DNA of 64,000 bases, taken from contig CM022678.1 of NCBI GenBank assembly GCA_012295275.1, positions 3,968,001 through 4,032,000 of the forward strand, in the 5' to 3' direction. This DNA is from Chrysomallon squamiferum (lineage: Eukaryota; Animalia; Mollusca). The translations under genes were made by a program, and so were the position numbers. Positions 20,663 through 35,586 of this stretch are shown one piece after another. The stretch's first letter is position 1. The number at the start of each line of letters is the position of its first letter. The notes below the pieces were generated by a model. The model saw only the letters and a list, made by a program, of their open reading frames with translations. It ran no database searches and had not been told where the DNA came from.

Positions 20663-21825
20663 TTCAATAACAAATTCACACGTTTACTAAAAACTATTAC
20701 ACACCTTTTACAAAAAGAAGTTAAAACACATTCTGAAGTACTGAACAGAATAATTATAAATTATTTTATTATGATAGGTATCTTTATTTATCATATACTT
20801 TTTAATTTTTTTTTTTAATTAATATTTTAATTTAAAAAAATTAGAATAAAAAATAATATATATATATTTTTCTATTTATGACCATTCCTAAAAATATCAA
20901 CCTACTTACAAACTTGTTTGCAAGCTTTAATAATTTATCATTATTCAGTTAAAAATGCCAAAGATTTCAATTATATCTTCCAAAAAAATATTTCGTTTTA
21001 TTTTTGTTACTACAAGACATTAAATTTTATTATCTAATTTTATTTTTACTCTTTGGAAAAACAATAATTGCTGAATTGCATGATAAGTTGATCACAAATT
21101 AATATTTGAGAATCTTTTCTTATTTCTTCTTCTTCTTCTTCTTCTTATTATTATTATATTTTTTCTATTTTATTCGAAATAAAAAATCAACAAAGTATTA
21201 TTAAATGATGTTTTCTATTTTCAATATTTTATTATATTTTATTTTATTAATTGTATTATTACTGTTTTTATTATTTTGTTTTGTTTTGTTACTATGTTAG
21301 TATTTTACTAATTTATCCCTTTAAAATGATCATTACATGGTTTTAGTGGAGTTTTATGAAATCTGCTTTTAATGTATTCCATTTGACACTTTCTATCATT
21401 TCAAAAATATTCTATCATTCAGATTATCATGTTCTATAAATTTTAACAGTTACCGAAATAATTTATCAAATTCTGTTGTGTCAAAATATGTAGTAAGACG
21501 AGAAAATAATGATAATAATAAAAGTAACTGTTTTATTTTGATTTCATAGTCATTATATGTATAAAATAACCATGAATCTAAAAAACCATATTATTGCAAT
21601 ATGTTTATTTATTATTTCATTTGCAATATATTTATATTAAAATTATTATTATTATCTTTTTCTTGTAATAATTCTTGATTATATTTTATCCAGCCATATC
21701 TTGTTTTGTCCATGTTGAAGTATTTTAATATTTTATTCTTTCAATTCTGTGTTTATGGTATATATTTTGTACTACAGGTGTTACTTAGTTAAATGTTTTA
21801 TATATATTGTCTATAACTATCATGA

Positions 21826-21869
<44 letters not shown>

Positions 21870-22105
21870 TTCTTTCATAATACCATTGGGAACGGATAAT
21901 ATTCTGACTTAGTTAATCATTGTTGTTATTTTTATTTTATTTATTTATTTATTTATTTATTTATGTTCATGTGGTTGTGTCATTGGGTTATTAATATTTG
22001 ATACTTTTTTCTTTTCATTTATAAAATATATTTTTTTTTGTCTTCAAAGAAACTACCACTGGATTAGGACTGTGTCAAGAAATGATATTATTATTATGGA
22101 TTTTG

Positions 22106-22147
<42 letters not shown>

Positions 22148-22837
22148 TAAATCAGTTATTTTTAAATGGTTAACATCAAATTGTTGTAACCAAAACATTT
22201 CGTATTTCTTAAACAAAATACAGAACAAGAAAGGATACAGTTTTAAAAATACTTGAGACTAGCTTATTTATCATTTTCTAATAACAACTGCAAAGGTTTC
22301 TACATAAATATGTAGAATATACAATGAATATGTTTGTATGCAATGTGCAATAATGTAAACTTTACAGTTTAAAGAAAATTTTGAATATGCGTAAGTACAT
22401 GCATACATACACACAAATTGTAAAATGTATAGATATATAGATGGCATCTAAAATTATAACACTTATGAACATATCAAGAAAAGGAAATGCTGTATATACT
22501 AATTTTCTCTCTCTTTAGTATTATTTTGGCTGTGATTGTTTTTTGTTTTACAGGGTATTACTAAACAGAACTGATCTGCTGTCTTGTACAGAAACATATT
22601 TTGTATTGATAACAAATGGTATTTAATTTTTGAATTTCTGGCAATGATCCATGATGAAGTCTATAGTAACTAGTTTTCTATTGTTAATACTACTATTGTA
22701 GGCCTAGTTTAAGCTGTTCCAGTCTGAAAACTTTTTTTGCTTTTGGCTATCACTGCACATTATCAAGACAGACTCATTCTTAAGTGATGATTCATTTAAA
22801 GGAAGCATTTTCTACGATTTTTTTTAGGCATTTCAAT

Positions 22838-23062
22838 CAGTCTAAATGGACTTTTTTTTATTATTTATTTATTTATTTTTTTTTTTTTTTTTTTTTTTTA
22901 AAATTAATTTTACTTTGACAATCGTTACAAATGAAGTCTGAATGGACTTTTTATAAGGATTAATTTTATTTTTTTTTTTTTTTTCCAAGATTAATATTTA
23001 TTTTTTATTTATTTAAATTTTTTTTTTGTTTTTTTAAAATTAATTTTACTCTGACAATCGTT
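22838..23062. repeat. Local direct duplication (two copies, 90-125 bp)
   Basis: agtct(a/g)aatggacttttt...aaaattaattttact(t/c)tgacaatcgtta occurs twice. Confidence 0.7.
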
Positions 23063-25106
23063 AGATAATGAAGATATTACGTTTGCATTCTCTGCATTGT
23101 GTTCCAGCCGAATGTAAAATATGCCATCAAAATATTTGATAATTCAGTGCAATTTTTAAAATGATTAATCTTATTATTAGCGGTAAATAATCTTTGACAT
23201 ATCTACCATAATGGAGTTACTTCTCTGGATTTTTGATTTCATGAAACCTTGTATAGCTTGCATATAAACAGGTTTTTATTGTATAAAAAAAAAAATAGGG
23301 CAACAATATCAGCAATCTTTGATACATACCATTTTATAATGTTTCATTTTTGCTACATCTTGAGCATTGAAATGTTTCATTTTTGTTATTAATTCCAAAC
23401 AGAAGTGTTTCATTTTATAAGACAAATTCTTGTTTGAGTAATTAATGTGTACATGACTGCTTGGTATATGTATATATATATACACACACAAGATAGACAT
23501 AGGAATATCAATCATATTTAATCATAATTCCACATCTCATTCTAACATTCCATGTATATTGCACACTTCAGTGTATGCAAATGTATATTTTCCTACATAT
23601 TCTTTTATGTACAAACAATAAGTACATGTATGTATATATATATATATTTAGTTGTTGTATTCTTGTTTCTGTTATATACTTTAATATATTTTACTTGTTA
23701 CTATGTTTCAGAATATAGTTGTAGTCATAATTAAATGCGTAATATATTTATTATGGAGAAAATATTTTTGGGTCTGGAAATTGTTTTTTTTTCTTTTATT
23801 GAAAATGTTTATGAAATTTGTATCTAAGACATATTTAGCACAAAAAAAATTCAATTCATCATCAATTTCTTGTTTGAAAACAGTGAATATATATATATTT
23901 CTGTTCTTTCTTCTCATATCATCCACAATGTAATATTGCAATATGATAATCTCATCATAATTTTAAATATATATATATATATATATATATGCCCTAGATG
24001 TATTTCAGACACTTTATTTTTCTTGGTAAACAGCTGTGTCATAGGCCTTGCTTTTATGAAACTCAGATATATAATCTCCATCACATTCCTATGTAAAGTT
24101 AAGATGACACAGAAACCCATTAAAAAACTGAATTGTGAATGTATTTTCTCCACGAATACACACACACAGATTAATGGAATGGAACACATGCAAAAAATTT
24201 TCCTTCAAAATTTAAATATAAATAAAATAATGGAAAACTAGCATAAATAAATCATTTACATAAAATCTTTTTTTTTCTTCAGTTATTTAATGCGTTATAT
24301 TGCGTTTTTTCTTTTGTTTGCCTCACCTTTATTTCTTTTTTAATTTAATTTTTGTTCCCCTTAGTATTCCTTCTACATTTTCACTAAAAAAATTGATTGA
24401 GCTGCAACAAGCATAATGCAATATATAGCAATTTTTCGTCTGTTTATCACAAGGTTGTGTTATACTTTGTTTGTTTATTTATTTATTTATTTATTTATTC
24501 ATTTATTGTGTGTTCTCCTATGTGATTTTAGTATATTTCCGATTAAAATCATTGTGACAAATATTAACAAAATTAATGAACAAAACACATCCAAATTATT
24601 ATTATTATTATAATTATTATTATTATTATGATTATTATTATTATTGTAATTATTATTATTTCTATCATCTTCTTCTTCTTCATCTTCTTCTTCTTCTTCT
24701 TCTTATTATTATTATTATTGACCCACATGCTTTGGAACAACCTTCAAAACTTTATTTCTTATGCAAACGATCATTTCTGTGTTGTGAACTTTTTACACTA
24801 AATACATTATTATTTATTTCTCTTTTTTGTCGTGTGTGTATATATTACATTTATTCAGATTCTGCTAGCTTATTTTATTGTTATTTTAAAGCATAATTAC
24901 CCAGAGCTGCAGAGACACAAACAGTGATTGTGTGATTAATGTTATGTTTGTACATTTGGTGTCTGTATATAACTGTATACTGATCGTATCATTGCCTATT
25001 AAAGTAATCATATCTACAACATCGCTATGAATTTTGTGTTCTTTCTGTGTGTGTGTTTATTTGTTAGGTAAGTGAAATAAACATGTTCTTTTGTCATTAT
25101 TGTCAT

Positions 25107-25168
<62 letters not shown>

Positions 25169-26769
25169 GTAGTACTAGCACTATCACCATCATCATTTAT
25201 CTTCTTCTTCTTCTTCTTCTTCTTATTATTATTATTATTATTATTATGATTATTATTATTTAAACGTTTTTGTAAACAAAATAATCAAATGGTTTAAATA
25301 ATAATAATAAAAAAAAAAAACATCCAAAAATATAAAACGGAGTATTTTGTTTATACCTTCAATAAAGAAAGAAAGATGAAAAAAAAAAAAAAAAAAAAAT
25401 CTCCGTGTTACGCTTAAACATCCAGTTCGTCTCCCCCACGTTTCCGATTTTGGTACATCTGACGAAACAAGATAAAAGGCATAAAAATAATGAGACAGTT
25501 TCTGCAAAAGGAAACATTTTTTTCGGTCGATTCTGTAACTAAAAATAAATAACAGTTGCAGACACTTCCTCATGGAAGTCAAAAGAAAAGAAAATATTCT
25601 GTCATTAAATTGCGGAAGAAAGGTACAAAAGGAGGGAAATGATTTTAAAAAAAAAAAAAAAAAATAATTTTATAAATAAACACACACATACACACACATA
25701 TTAAAATAGATAGAAAAATACACACCGATATACACGTATACACACAAATACAAACGGACACACACACACTCAGACACAAAACACAATCGTAATAACATGA
25801 ACCGCCATAAACACTATTACAGCAGTTTTATTTCCTTTTTCATTTCGACTCAATTTCACCACAGCTTTTGCTTAAATTACAGCCCGTGTCGAGCCCAGTC
25901 TAAGCTGACAGCTTCAAAAAATAAAAAATAATGTCTGACATGTTTTAAGAACTCTGTGCCGTTTACAGAATTACAAATCTGAAACCCGTTGCAGACGACA
26001 CTATGGGGTTCACTTAGGTCACGATTTTCTCAAACTCAAAACGTTTCTTTTGTTGTAAATAGAGAAATATTTATCGATTGGTTAGTCCTAATTCTAGCTA
26101 CGTTATAGAAGGAGTAATGTCGTTATTACGTTATCAGCTGGAGTTGAAAAATTTAAAGACAGTTTATTCACTTACTTTTACATTAGACACACATACACAT
26201 ACATAGGTACACACACACACACACACACACATATATAACACTCACAAATACACATATGGTCAAACGTACATATATATATATATATACACAAAAAAAGGAT
26301 ACACATTCACACTAACAAATACACATATGGTCAAACATACAAAATTCATTCATACATACAAAAAATACATTGTCATAACTCACTGCCATACAAAATGTAT
26401 TTATACATACACATATATATACATACATGTCAAACATACCTACCTATATATATATATATATATATATATGTACATACTTACATACATACATACATACATA
26501 CGTATATATACGTACGTACATACAAACATAATCAAACATCAATACATATTATTCTTTCTCTTCCAGTTTAAGAAATTCTGTTTAACCTGTTTTTTACCTT
26601 TTTTTTTTTTTTTTTGTACTAAATTTTTTTTAAAAGTTTCATTTCCTAATCTCGATACCACAATCTTATTAAATTTTCTTTTCGATTTGCCGAGATAAAC
26701 ACCATTTGCACGGAAACCAATTCCACAAACAAAACTCTCGGCTCAATCCGCAAAATGTTTAACCTTTTT

Positions 26770-27076
26770 AATATTCACGTGGGAATGATCACGTGACATT
26801 GTAATAGCCAATAACTGTCCTCGGCGGTATTCGTGCAGTGGATAGTAATTGAAAATTAGACTTTAAGAGCATTGTTTTTCGCCTTTAGAAGACAATATGG
26901 CAGCAGTAGTTTAAAACTTATGACCTTGGGTGTAATAAAGTTTTGCGAGAATAGAAAAAGCGCATCATTTATTTAAAACAAAACTGTTAACTTACGACAG
27001 GGAATATTTAGAAAAGTGGATGTCACAGGAAACTGGTAAACGTTTGTTCTACATTATTTCAAATTATTCAACTTAG
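26770..27076 (+). promoter_or_regulatory. Putative promoter and non-coding first exon, probably of the DUF229-like gene
   Basis: Two CACGTG E-boxes (26775-26781 and TCACGTGAC at 26789-26797), CCAAT at 26808-26812, YY1-like AATATGGC near 26895, and a donor AG|GTAAAG at 27076/27077. A matching acceptor (tttcctctcacag) at 32745 precedes the GC-rich exon. Confidence 0.45.
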
Positions 27077-27355
27077 GTAAAGAACTAAATCTGTCTGTTT
27101 GTATTTATGTATGTACATGCGTACGTCCGACACATCGTCTGTCTATTACATACATCTGCCTTACTCTGTCTGTTTGTATGTCTGCCTGCTTGCCTACGCA
27201 TCTATCTGTCTGTCAGTCTTTCGGTCTGTCTGACTGTCTGTGTCTATCTAGCTATCTCTCCATCATATATATATATATATATGTACGTACATAATTGCTT
27301 GGACACAGTTATCTTTCTACCTCTATACATCTGTGTTTGTTACTATGTTCTCTTG

Positions 27356-27411
<56 letters not shown>

Positions 27412-27739
27412 CATACATATGTATGTATGTACGTATGCATATGTGTGTGTGTATGTGTGTATCAGTCTGTCTGTCTCTGTCTATCCGTTTGTCTCTCTAT
27501 GTCTGTCTATGTGTCTATCCATCTGGCATTATATATACTATTCACCTCTTTCTCATGTTTTTTTTCTGAATTTAAAAAAAAAAAAAAAAAAAAAGTATGA
27601 AAGAAAAAAAAAAGAGATTATTTTAAATTGAGTTTTCCTGTTTACTTATTTATTTATCGAATGACTCTTTCTTTCTTCTTTAAATACTAATTTCTTTTCT
27701 GAAGCGTTTGCAGTTGTAAAATACATAAAATAAACAACT

Positions 27740-27832
<93 letters not shown>

Positions 27833-28936
27833 ATTTTGTTCTTTAAAAAAGAACACAAAAGAAAAGACGAAAAAATGAAGAAAAATAATATGTCAGCAGT
27901 TTTGTGAAACGAGTCTCTCGATTTTCATTTGTTAAACTGATGTGTACAGCTGTTGTGTGACACAGACAGTAAATTAAAGACGTTAAAAGGATTTATTAAA
28001 TTATAAAAATAAATTCAGTTTTTTATTTCACAGCTTGTCTTGCAATTTCGTTAAATTGATATTTTTTTTTTTTCTTCTGTTTTTAAAAGTATTGCAAATT
28101 CAGATATTCGAAAAGGAATTGCTATTTTAAAATTGTGTTTGTCATTATTATTTCATTTCTTTCGGGAGTTGATATTTTCAATAAAATTACTTTTTTGTTT
28201 TTATTTGTAAAAATATGTTTCTTAGGATCTTTTTTTTTTTTTTTTTTCTTCTTTCTTTGATTCTTCCCTTTTTTGGTTTTTATCATTTTTTTCTCATATT
28301 CCTTTTTTCCTTTCTGTCGATCCTTTTTCTTTTAATTTGTTTCTTTCTTTCCTTTTTTGTAATGTTTCATTCTTTTATCATTTATTTCTTCTGGCTGTTC
28401 TTTCATGTATTTTTTTTTTTTAATTATTTAAAAAATATTTTTAATTCTTAACTTTCTTCTTTGCTTTTTTCTATTTATTCGTTATTGTTTATTTTTATAT
28501 TTTTTTTATATATTTTCCTGTACAATCCTCAAAGGTCAACGACCGGTCTCAGGTGTCATGTTATATTGCAGTTATTGGTTTTAATAAAGAGTCACAGCAT
28601 GAAATAATCTCTTTTTATAAATTAGATTTTCCTTATCAATACAGAAATGTGATCTGTGTGGTGAAGATTAAATGAGAAAGTAAGAAAGGAAGAGACTGGA
28701 TTAAAAAAAATAAAAAAATAATTCACAACAAAGTTAATATTGAAAAAAAAAAAAAAAAAACGTTATTAAATTTAATCTTACAGATGTTAGGGAGGAAAAA
28801 AAAAAATATAGAAATGAAATGTCAAAATAATTACAAGCGTAAGTACATGTGTACTTTCTTTACTTGTAAGAGATAGATAAATAGATAGATGTATTGATTT
28901 ATGAATAGACTGATAGATAGATAGATAGATAGATAG

Positions 28937-28938
<2 letters not shown>

Positions 28939-29026
<88 letters not shown>
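28939..29026. repeat. (CT)n microsatellite preceded by (GATA)n
   Basis: Perfect dinucleotide run. Confidence 0.95.
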
Positions 29027-29029
<3 letters not shown>

Positions 29030-29693
29030 CGTTCACCTCATTTATTTTGACTAAAGATATCGATCGAATACGCACACCAGCATCGAATGCTCAGTGTTTT
29101 TGCTATTTTGGAAATCAGTGATACTCTTAAATGTTCAAAATCGGCTTTGGAATTAGCAGAATTCAGGAAGGAGAGAGAGAAAAAAAAAATAAAAAAACAA
29201 TTGTGTGACGAAATTAACCCACTGATTATAGAACATTTTCAAGATCACATGATATGAATGAAATAACCCCTTTCTACTTGAACTAACGAAAAAGAATATA
29301 AAGAAGGTAAAAAAAAAAAAAAAAAGAACACGATGGTATGGAAGCAAAAGTAGAAAAAGAAATAGATGTAAAGGAAATAATACATACTGAAAAAAATTTA
29401 GAAAATCAAAAAACATTTTAAAAAAAGCATAAAAAGATGTAGAAAATGAATAGAAACAAAAGATTAAAAGAAAATAGAACGTCAATCGAAAAACAGAAGT
29501 AGAAATACAAGACAATGACGAGAAATAAAACTGAAAAAGTTAAACAACAACAAAAATACTGTTAGCATATGGAGATCAATATGGAGATCAATAAAAAGGA
29601 AAGACAGATTAGGAAGTAAGAATAGATCAAGAAGAACAGAATCAGAGAACGTAAGGATATACTGAAAAGAAATAAGGATAGATCAAGACGAAG

Positions 29694-29750
<57 letters not shown>

Positions 29751-30069
29751 AGAAAAAGTAACTGAAATTTTTATATCATTTTTAACGTTCATTCGTCTTT
29801 CTTTTTGGCCGAAATGTAAGAACCCCACCCCAATCACCCATACCCACCTTCTCAGTACTTTGGATCTGCCCTGTAGGACTCTTTGAATTTGTGTCTGTTT
29901 GACCTATCTGTCAAAATAATCAGCCCTGATTAGTGAAAGGGTTCCAGTTACAACTCTGCTAATTATCCATAGACGAGTATATCAAAGTTATCTCCACAGG
30001 TTTTGTGTGCGCTTCAAATGTTCAGAGAGAAATCGATAGAGTAGAGAAAGGTCGAGGATTTTATGTGAA

Positions 30070-30085
30070 TGTGTGTGTGTGTGTG

Positions 30086-30167
<82 letters not shown>
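30070..30167. repeat. (TG)n(AG)n compound microsatellite
   Basis: Direct reading. Confidence 0.95.
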
Positions 30168-30171
<4 letters not shown>

Positions 30172-30505
30172 ATATATGCAAATACAACTGTGTATATATC
30201 TGTCTATCTATCTATCTATTATCTATCCTTAAATCTGTTTGTCTGTCTGTGTTCCTGTCTTTCTGTATATCTCTCCATCTGTCTGTTTGTCTCTAAGAAA
30301 GACAGAATGAAAGTATAACATCAGTCACTATCAGTAATATTTTTGGTTATTGACTGATACATTCATACATAGCCTCGACCAAGTAAGAAAATCGATTAAA
30401 ATAAATAGTTGAATTAAATAAAAAAGTAAATAAAATAAAACAAGTAAGCGAAGCAATGAAGAATGGATGAATGAATAGAAATAACAAAAAAAATTAATTT
30501 GCTTC

Positions 30506-30510
<5 letters not shown>

Positions 30511-30582
<72 letters not shown>
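30511..30582. repeat. (CT)n microsatellite
   Basis: Direct reading. Confidence 0.95.
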
Positions 30583-30588
<6 letters not shown>

Positions 30589-31179
30589 TATTAATTTTAA
30601 TAAACGTGCCTGCTGCCTAATAACGTACCACTGATAATAATTTTTCTTCTTTGACATTTAGATAAAGATTATGCAACATCGATCTCTATAAACAGCAGAC
30701 TAATTTCACCAACAAAAAAAAAAAAGTATTAACCATACGACTTATCGTCATTTGTGGGGTTTTTCAGGTCAAGGTATTATGTTGTTTTGTGTTATAAACA
30801 GGCTTTGAAGGAGCGAGTTATATCTTAGCTTGACAGAAGGAAAGAAAAGTGATAACAAAGACTGTAAAAAGAGGGCAAATTTTTCGTATTTTTATTTTTG
30901 AATTTAAAAAAAAACATAATAATAAATTATAACAAGAAAATAATAAATAAATAAATAAATAAATGAAAGAAAATAGAAAAAAAAATAGATATAAAGATAT
31001 ATAAGGTTTTGTGACTGAATCAAAATAAAAATTTAAAAAAAAAACACACAAAAAAACCACATAAAAAACACAAAAAAACCACAATCATTATAATTGAAGA
31101 AAGAAAGAAAACTGAAAAAGTACAAAAACAAAACAAAACAAAGGCAGAGATATCTTTCCTCTTTAAAAAAAAAAATAAC

Positions 31180-31210
<31 letters not shown>

Positions 31211-31825
31211 AAATAAAAAAAGAAATTAAAAACAGAAAACTTAGTAAAAAGAAAAAAATATATATATATAATTAAAAAAAAATTAAAAATAAGAAAAAAA
31301 ATCCACATTCATATGTTTTCCATTTTTAAATTCTGTTTTATTTTAAGACTGTTGGATAATTGGCTGACTTCAAAGGTTTCGATTTCATCTGACGACGAAA
31401 TGACCCTATTACAGCATTTACATCTGCCTCTGATTCAGGCAGCTGGCATTAGCCGTAAAGAAGATACTATCTTTACCAACCAATGATAATTGGCCTAACC
31501 GGAAGCCATTTCCAATGAACTAATGATAAAAAACGCCAGAATCGGTAGCCCCTGGTTACGAAACAAAACCTTCCTTTGCCAGATTTATAAACATTGATTT
31601 ATTTTATTATGTGAAGCGATACACAACATAAAAATGTTTTAATGTAAATTAAAAAGACTGAAAATGAGGTTTCTTGCGTAATATTTTCAAGAACAGATCG
31701 ATCGTTATGTGACAGGTGGTGACGTAAATTCATCAAGCTACTTGATGAAGCCTAAATGCTAGATTATTTTTAATGATGTTAAAATGGATAACGTCAGTTA
31801 AAATAGTGAAAAAAAAAAAATAATA

Positions 31826-31858
<33 letters not shown>

Positions 31859-32025
31859 AAAAAAAAAAAAAAAAATTAATAATAAAAAAAAATTAGAGCG
31901 GAAAAGAGTAGAAAATATAATTAACATCTGACAGTGGAGAAAAAATTAATATATTTTAAGAATATTTAATTCATAGCCTTTTTCTCTCTGTCTGTCTGTA
32001 TAGCTATATGTTTATCTGTTTATCA

Positions 32026-32077
<52 letters not shown>

Positions 32078-32469
32078 GTCAGACATTCTTTGGGTCTATT
32101 TGTCAGTCTATCTGTCTATCAATCAGTCAGTTAATCTATCTATCCATCTGCGTAACTATCTCTGCGTATGAATTCATGTATTAAAAACGCACACATACAG
32201 TATTCACACATACGGACTATTATACAGAAACATACACTATCTCACAGACATTTCAGTTTATTGCTCTTCAGTTTTATCAATACTTAGTTCTTTGATATTT
32301 TTTGTTTCATTGATTTTTGTTTGTTTGTTCCTTTCTTTCTTTGTGTGGTCATTAATTCACTTGTTGATTTTTTGCCACAGATAAACTCAGTCTCTCTATC
32401 AGTCTTCATCTCACTGATCGATATATTTAATGGCTCATATAAAATCTCTCTCTCTGTTTCTCTGACTGT

Positions 32470-32727
<258 letters not shown>

Positions 32728-33127
32728 GTATATTTCCTCTCACAGATCAATATACTCAGCCACGCGTAAACACATCGACGCTATCTTTCAGAACGCGGAC
32801 ACGTTCCCACAGAATCCTGTAACTCTTGTTAACGACTGACACAGACGGTCGTAAAGAAAGTCCCACGTAACAAGCGCACGGCGAACGGTCTCGTACACTG
32901 GCTGCCGGATCGGCAAGACCCGTATCAATTGTCCGCGAATTAATGAGTAGCGAAGTCTTCTATTAGCCGACGTGATGGGATTCGTTAATAGGCAGGAATA
33001 TCCACGCGCGTTCTTTCGGCTGCTTTCCGCATCGCTCGGCGCGTCTGACGAAGAAGAGTCCGTTATTCGGGGAAACAGTGTAATATTTATGGAGAACTAA
33101 CAGCCGAGGAAAAAAGTTTGCTTCGCA

Positions 33128-35343
33128 ATGGAGAAAAGTTTGACCGTGTCGGTTTTAATGGCTTTGTTGATCGGAGTGTTTTTCGTCGTTTTGTTTACCG
33201 ATCGTTTCAACGGAGTGAGTTTGAGTACGAATTCGCGGCTGGTGGGAAATTACGAGGGTAGACTCACGAAGAGGTCCGAACGTCATTCGGGTTCAGAGAA
33301 GTACCATCGGGGTTCGTGTACACTTCTGGAACCTTCGGAAGACGACCTGCTTCTTCTTGGAAAAACTGTTTCGAAACCTTCTTGGGCTAGCGACGCGAAA
33401 CCAGGTGTCGTCTGCTACTTAAATGTGTCGTGTCATTTAGAAAACGGCCGTGTATCGGCTGAATGTTCTTCTCGCTCCTGTTCGGCCGTTTCCGTAACAT
33501 TTAAAGGTTCTAACGTGACTAAGTCGAACTTGAGTATGAAAATGTTGGCCGAAATGATAGAGATTATGAACGACATGGGAACGGTAAATATCAACAACAG
33601 ATTATTAATTTTCTGTGACGACGGTTCCGATTCAGAAGAGAAAATTAAAAACGAAGTGAAGTTCCGGCTGGATTATCTTGGAACTGGAAACTGTGCAAGT
33701 AATTCGGAAACTATCGGATCACCGGTGCACGTAAATATTTTCTTCTTTCGTTTCCTCTCCAGACATGCACTTTTGGCTAAAATGAAGTCGCTAGCGGCAG
33801 CCATTAATGACGATTTTAACAGTGAAGTTCTGGATTTTACGAAGTACCAGAGTACGGAGTGGAAATTTCAGAAAAGTCTGTCATTGTTTCTCCAGGGAAA
33901 CGACATTTTTAATATCTCGAACCCTTCGTTATTAACGTTAGCCAGGGATTTAGGATTTGATGTGAAGCTTTTAAACACCGCTATCGAAAAGGCGTCCAGT
34001 CATGAAGATTTCCTGAAACTAATCTCGAAGCAAGTTAATGCGTCTTGCTCCGATTCGGACCAGTCGTTTAGAAAATGCTGTTTACGGCTTTTCACGGAAG
34101 ACGCCGAAATTGAGACGACACTTGACGATTTCAGGGAGTGCGTCTTGACCGAAGACAAAAGACCCGTGTTTCGTGTTTCTTTTCTAAATTACGTTGACTA
34201 TTCACGCGATATATCGATGCTTGACGACGTCTTGACCGACGTCATAAAACAACTTTCCAGACGACAGAATTCGGTCATCTTTCTTCTGAGTGACGTAGGC
34301 GATCCCATTTTCGCGACACTGGCGTCTAGTTTATTTTTGCAGACGGAACCGTCGAATCCGTTTTGTATTTATTTATTCCAAACCGTCTCGGCGGTTCTGT
34401 CACCAGCAACAAAATACGGAGGACAGCTAAAGCTAACACGAAGCAAATTATCAGTCTGCTTGACATTCACGAAACTGTTAAAGACGTTCTATATCTGTTG
34501 TCCGGAAGAGACGATAATGAACAAGCGAAAATAAAACCCGTGGTCACTAATCGTCGATCGCTATTTACGGAAACTCGGTGAGGTGCCAAACCCTGAAGAT
34601 ATCTCCCCCGGGCCTGTGCATTTGCGAGAACGATTTTGCGCTTTATCCCAACGATACCATACAAGTCGCCTTCGCAGAGGTAGCGCTGGGACTCGTCAAC
34701 AACAGGATCCTCGATTACGTCACGAAACGATTCGGGTACAACGCCAGAGATTTATCTCCCTTGTTGCGCGGGAAGTCGTTCTCCAAAGTGCGCGTGCGGC
34801 AACGTAACAACAACGTACAGCAAAGGATCATGGATATTTCCTACGTCTCGGAGAACACTGGCCTCAACTCAAACGTTAATTAACATTAGCGTGAACTTTG
34901 ACCCCGTTGTTAAATCATGCTCGCTGGACTACGTTGACAGGCTGTTTTTAGAAACCCATTTTTCAACGATCATACGTCACATCAGCAGACTTTATTCACC
35001 CGAAAAGCTTCTGTCGTCGTCTTCTGCCCGGCACGGACTGTCGGGGAAACACTTCGGTGTTACTCCCAAAGAAATTGCGATCCACCAACGCTGCCTGGTC
35101 TTGTTCAAAACGGACTTCATGGACGCCGCCACCTTCGAGATTGGAAACGTCTGCAACGATCGAAAGTACAGCTTCACTTTCGATTCCAATCTGTTGGACA
35201 CAGTATCACTCGTCGCTCTGCCCGTTTCCGTCAACCTCGGTCCCGGAGACTTTCGTTTCTTGACTTCGTTTGTGAAGAGCTCTTATTTAGTCAAACATGG
35301 CAGGTTCCATTATGAAACAGACTATGAAGTGACGTATTTGTAA
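33128..35343 (+). CDS. DUF229-like (alkaline phosphatase/sulfatase superfamily) type II membrane protein; single coding exon interrupted by three frameshifts (about 738 aa when joined); gene with consensus errors or a young pseudogene
   Basis: N-terminal TM anchor (LTVSVLMALLIGVFFVVLF). Joining ORFs 33128, 34363, 34578 and 34891 gives VIFLLSDVG...EPSNPF/LYLFIP...ANTKQIISLLDIHETVKDVL...RRSLFTE..RCQTLKISPPGLCICE, which follows the DUF229 motif order (SDHG, PFL..lP, N..rL....DiH.Tl, SLF, C...C.C). Family recognised from memory of motifs, not from a search. Confidence 0.7.
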
Positions 35344-35389
35344 GACAGATATATTTTTATATATTTGTTTTTTTTTTTTGTGTTTTTTT

Positions 35390-35586
35390 AACGTTTGAAA
35401 GTTGATTGCAATTATCAGAGATTCTGCAAGGGACGCTGCAATAGGCGGGAAAGGGAGACAACTGGTCCCAAAACGTTTGTTGGACTAAAACTTACTATAC
35501 ATAATTTGTTATTATTTTATTATTATTATTTCTAAATTATTTAATTATGAATGTATGGATGAGAGAAAAACGAAATTAACACAAAT

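Noticed and set aside
23330-23420. Three KMKH(F/Y) repeats in a minus-strand ORF
   Set aside because: This is a short 33-nt-period DNA repeat in probable 3' UTR, with no coding evidence.
34579-34581. TGA as a selenocysteine or readthrough codon
   Set aside because: The downstream similarity is in a different frame, so readthrough would not restore the protein.
33128-35343. Horizontal transfer or viral origin of the intronless GC/CpG-rich ORF
   Set aside because: The motifs fit a eukaryotic DUF229-like family, there is a spliceosomal acceptor upstream, and the flanking non-coding DNA is similarly CpG-rich.
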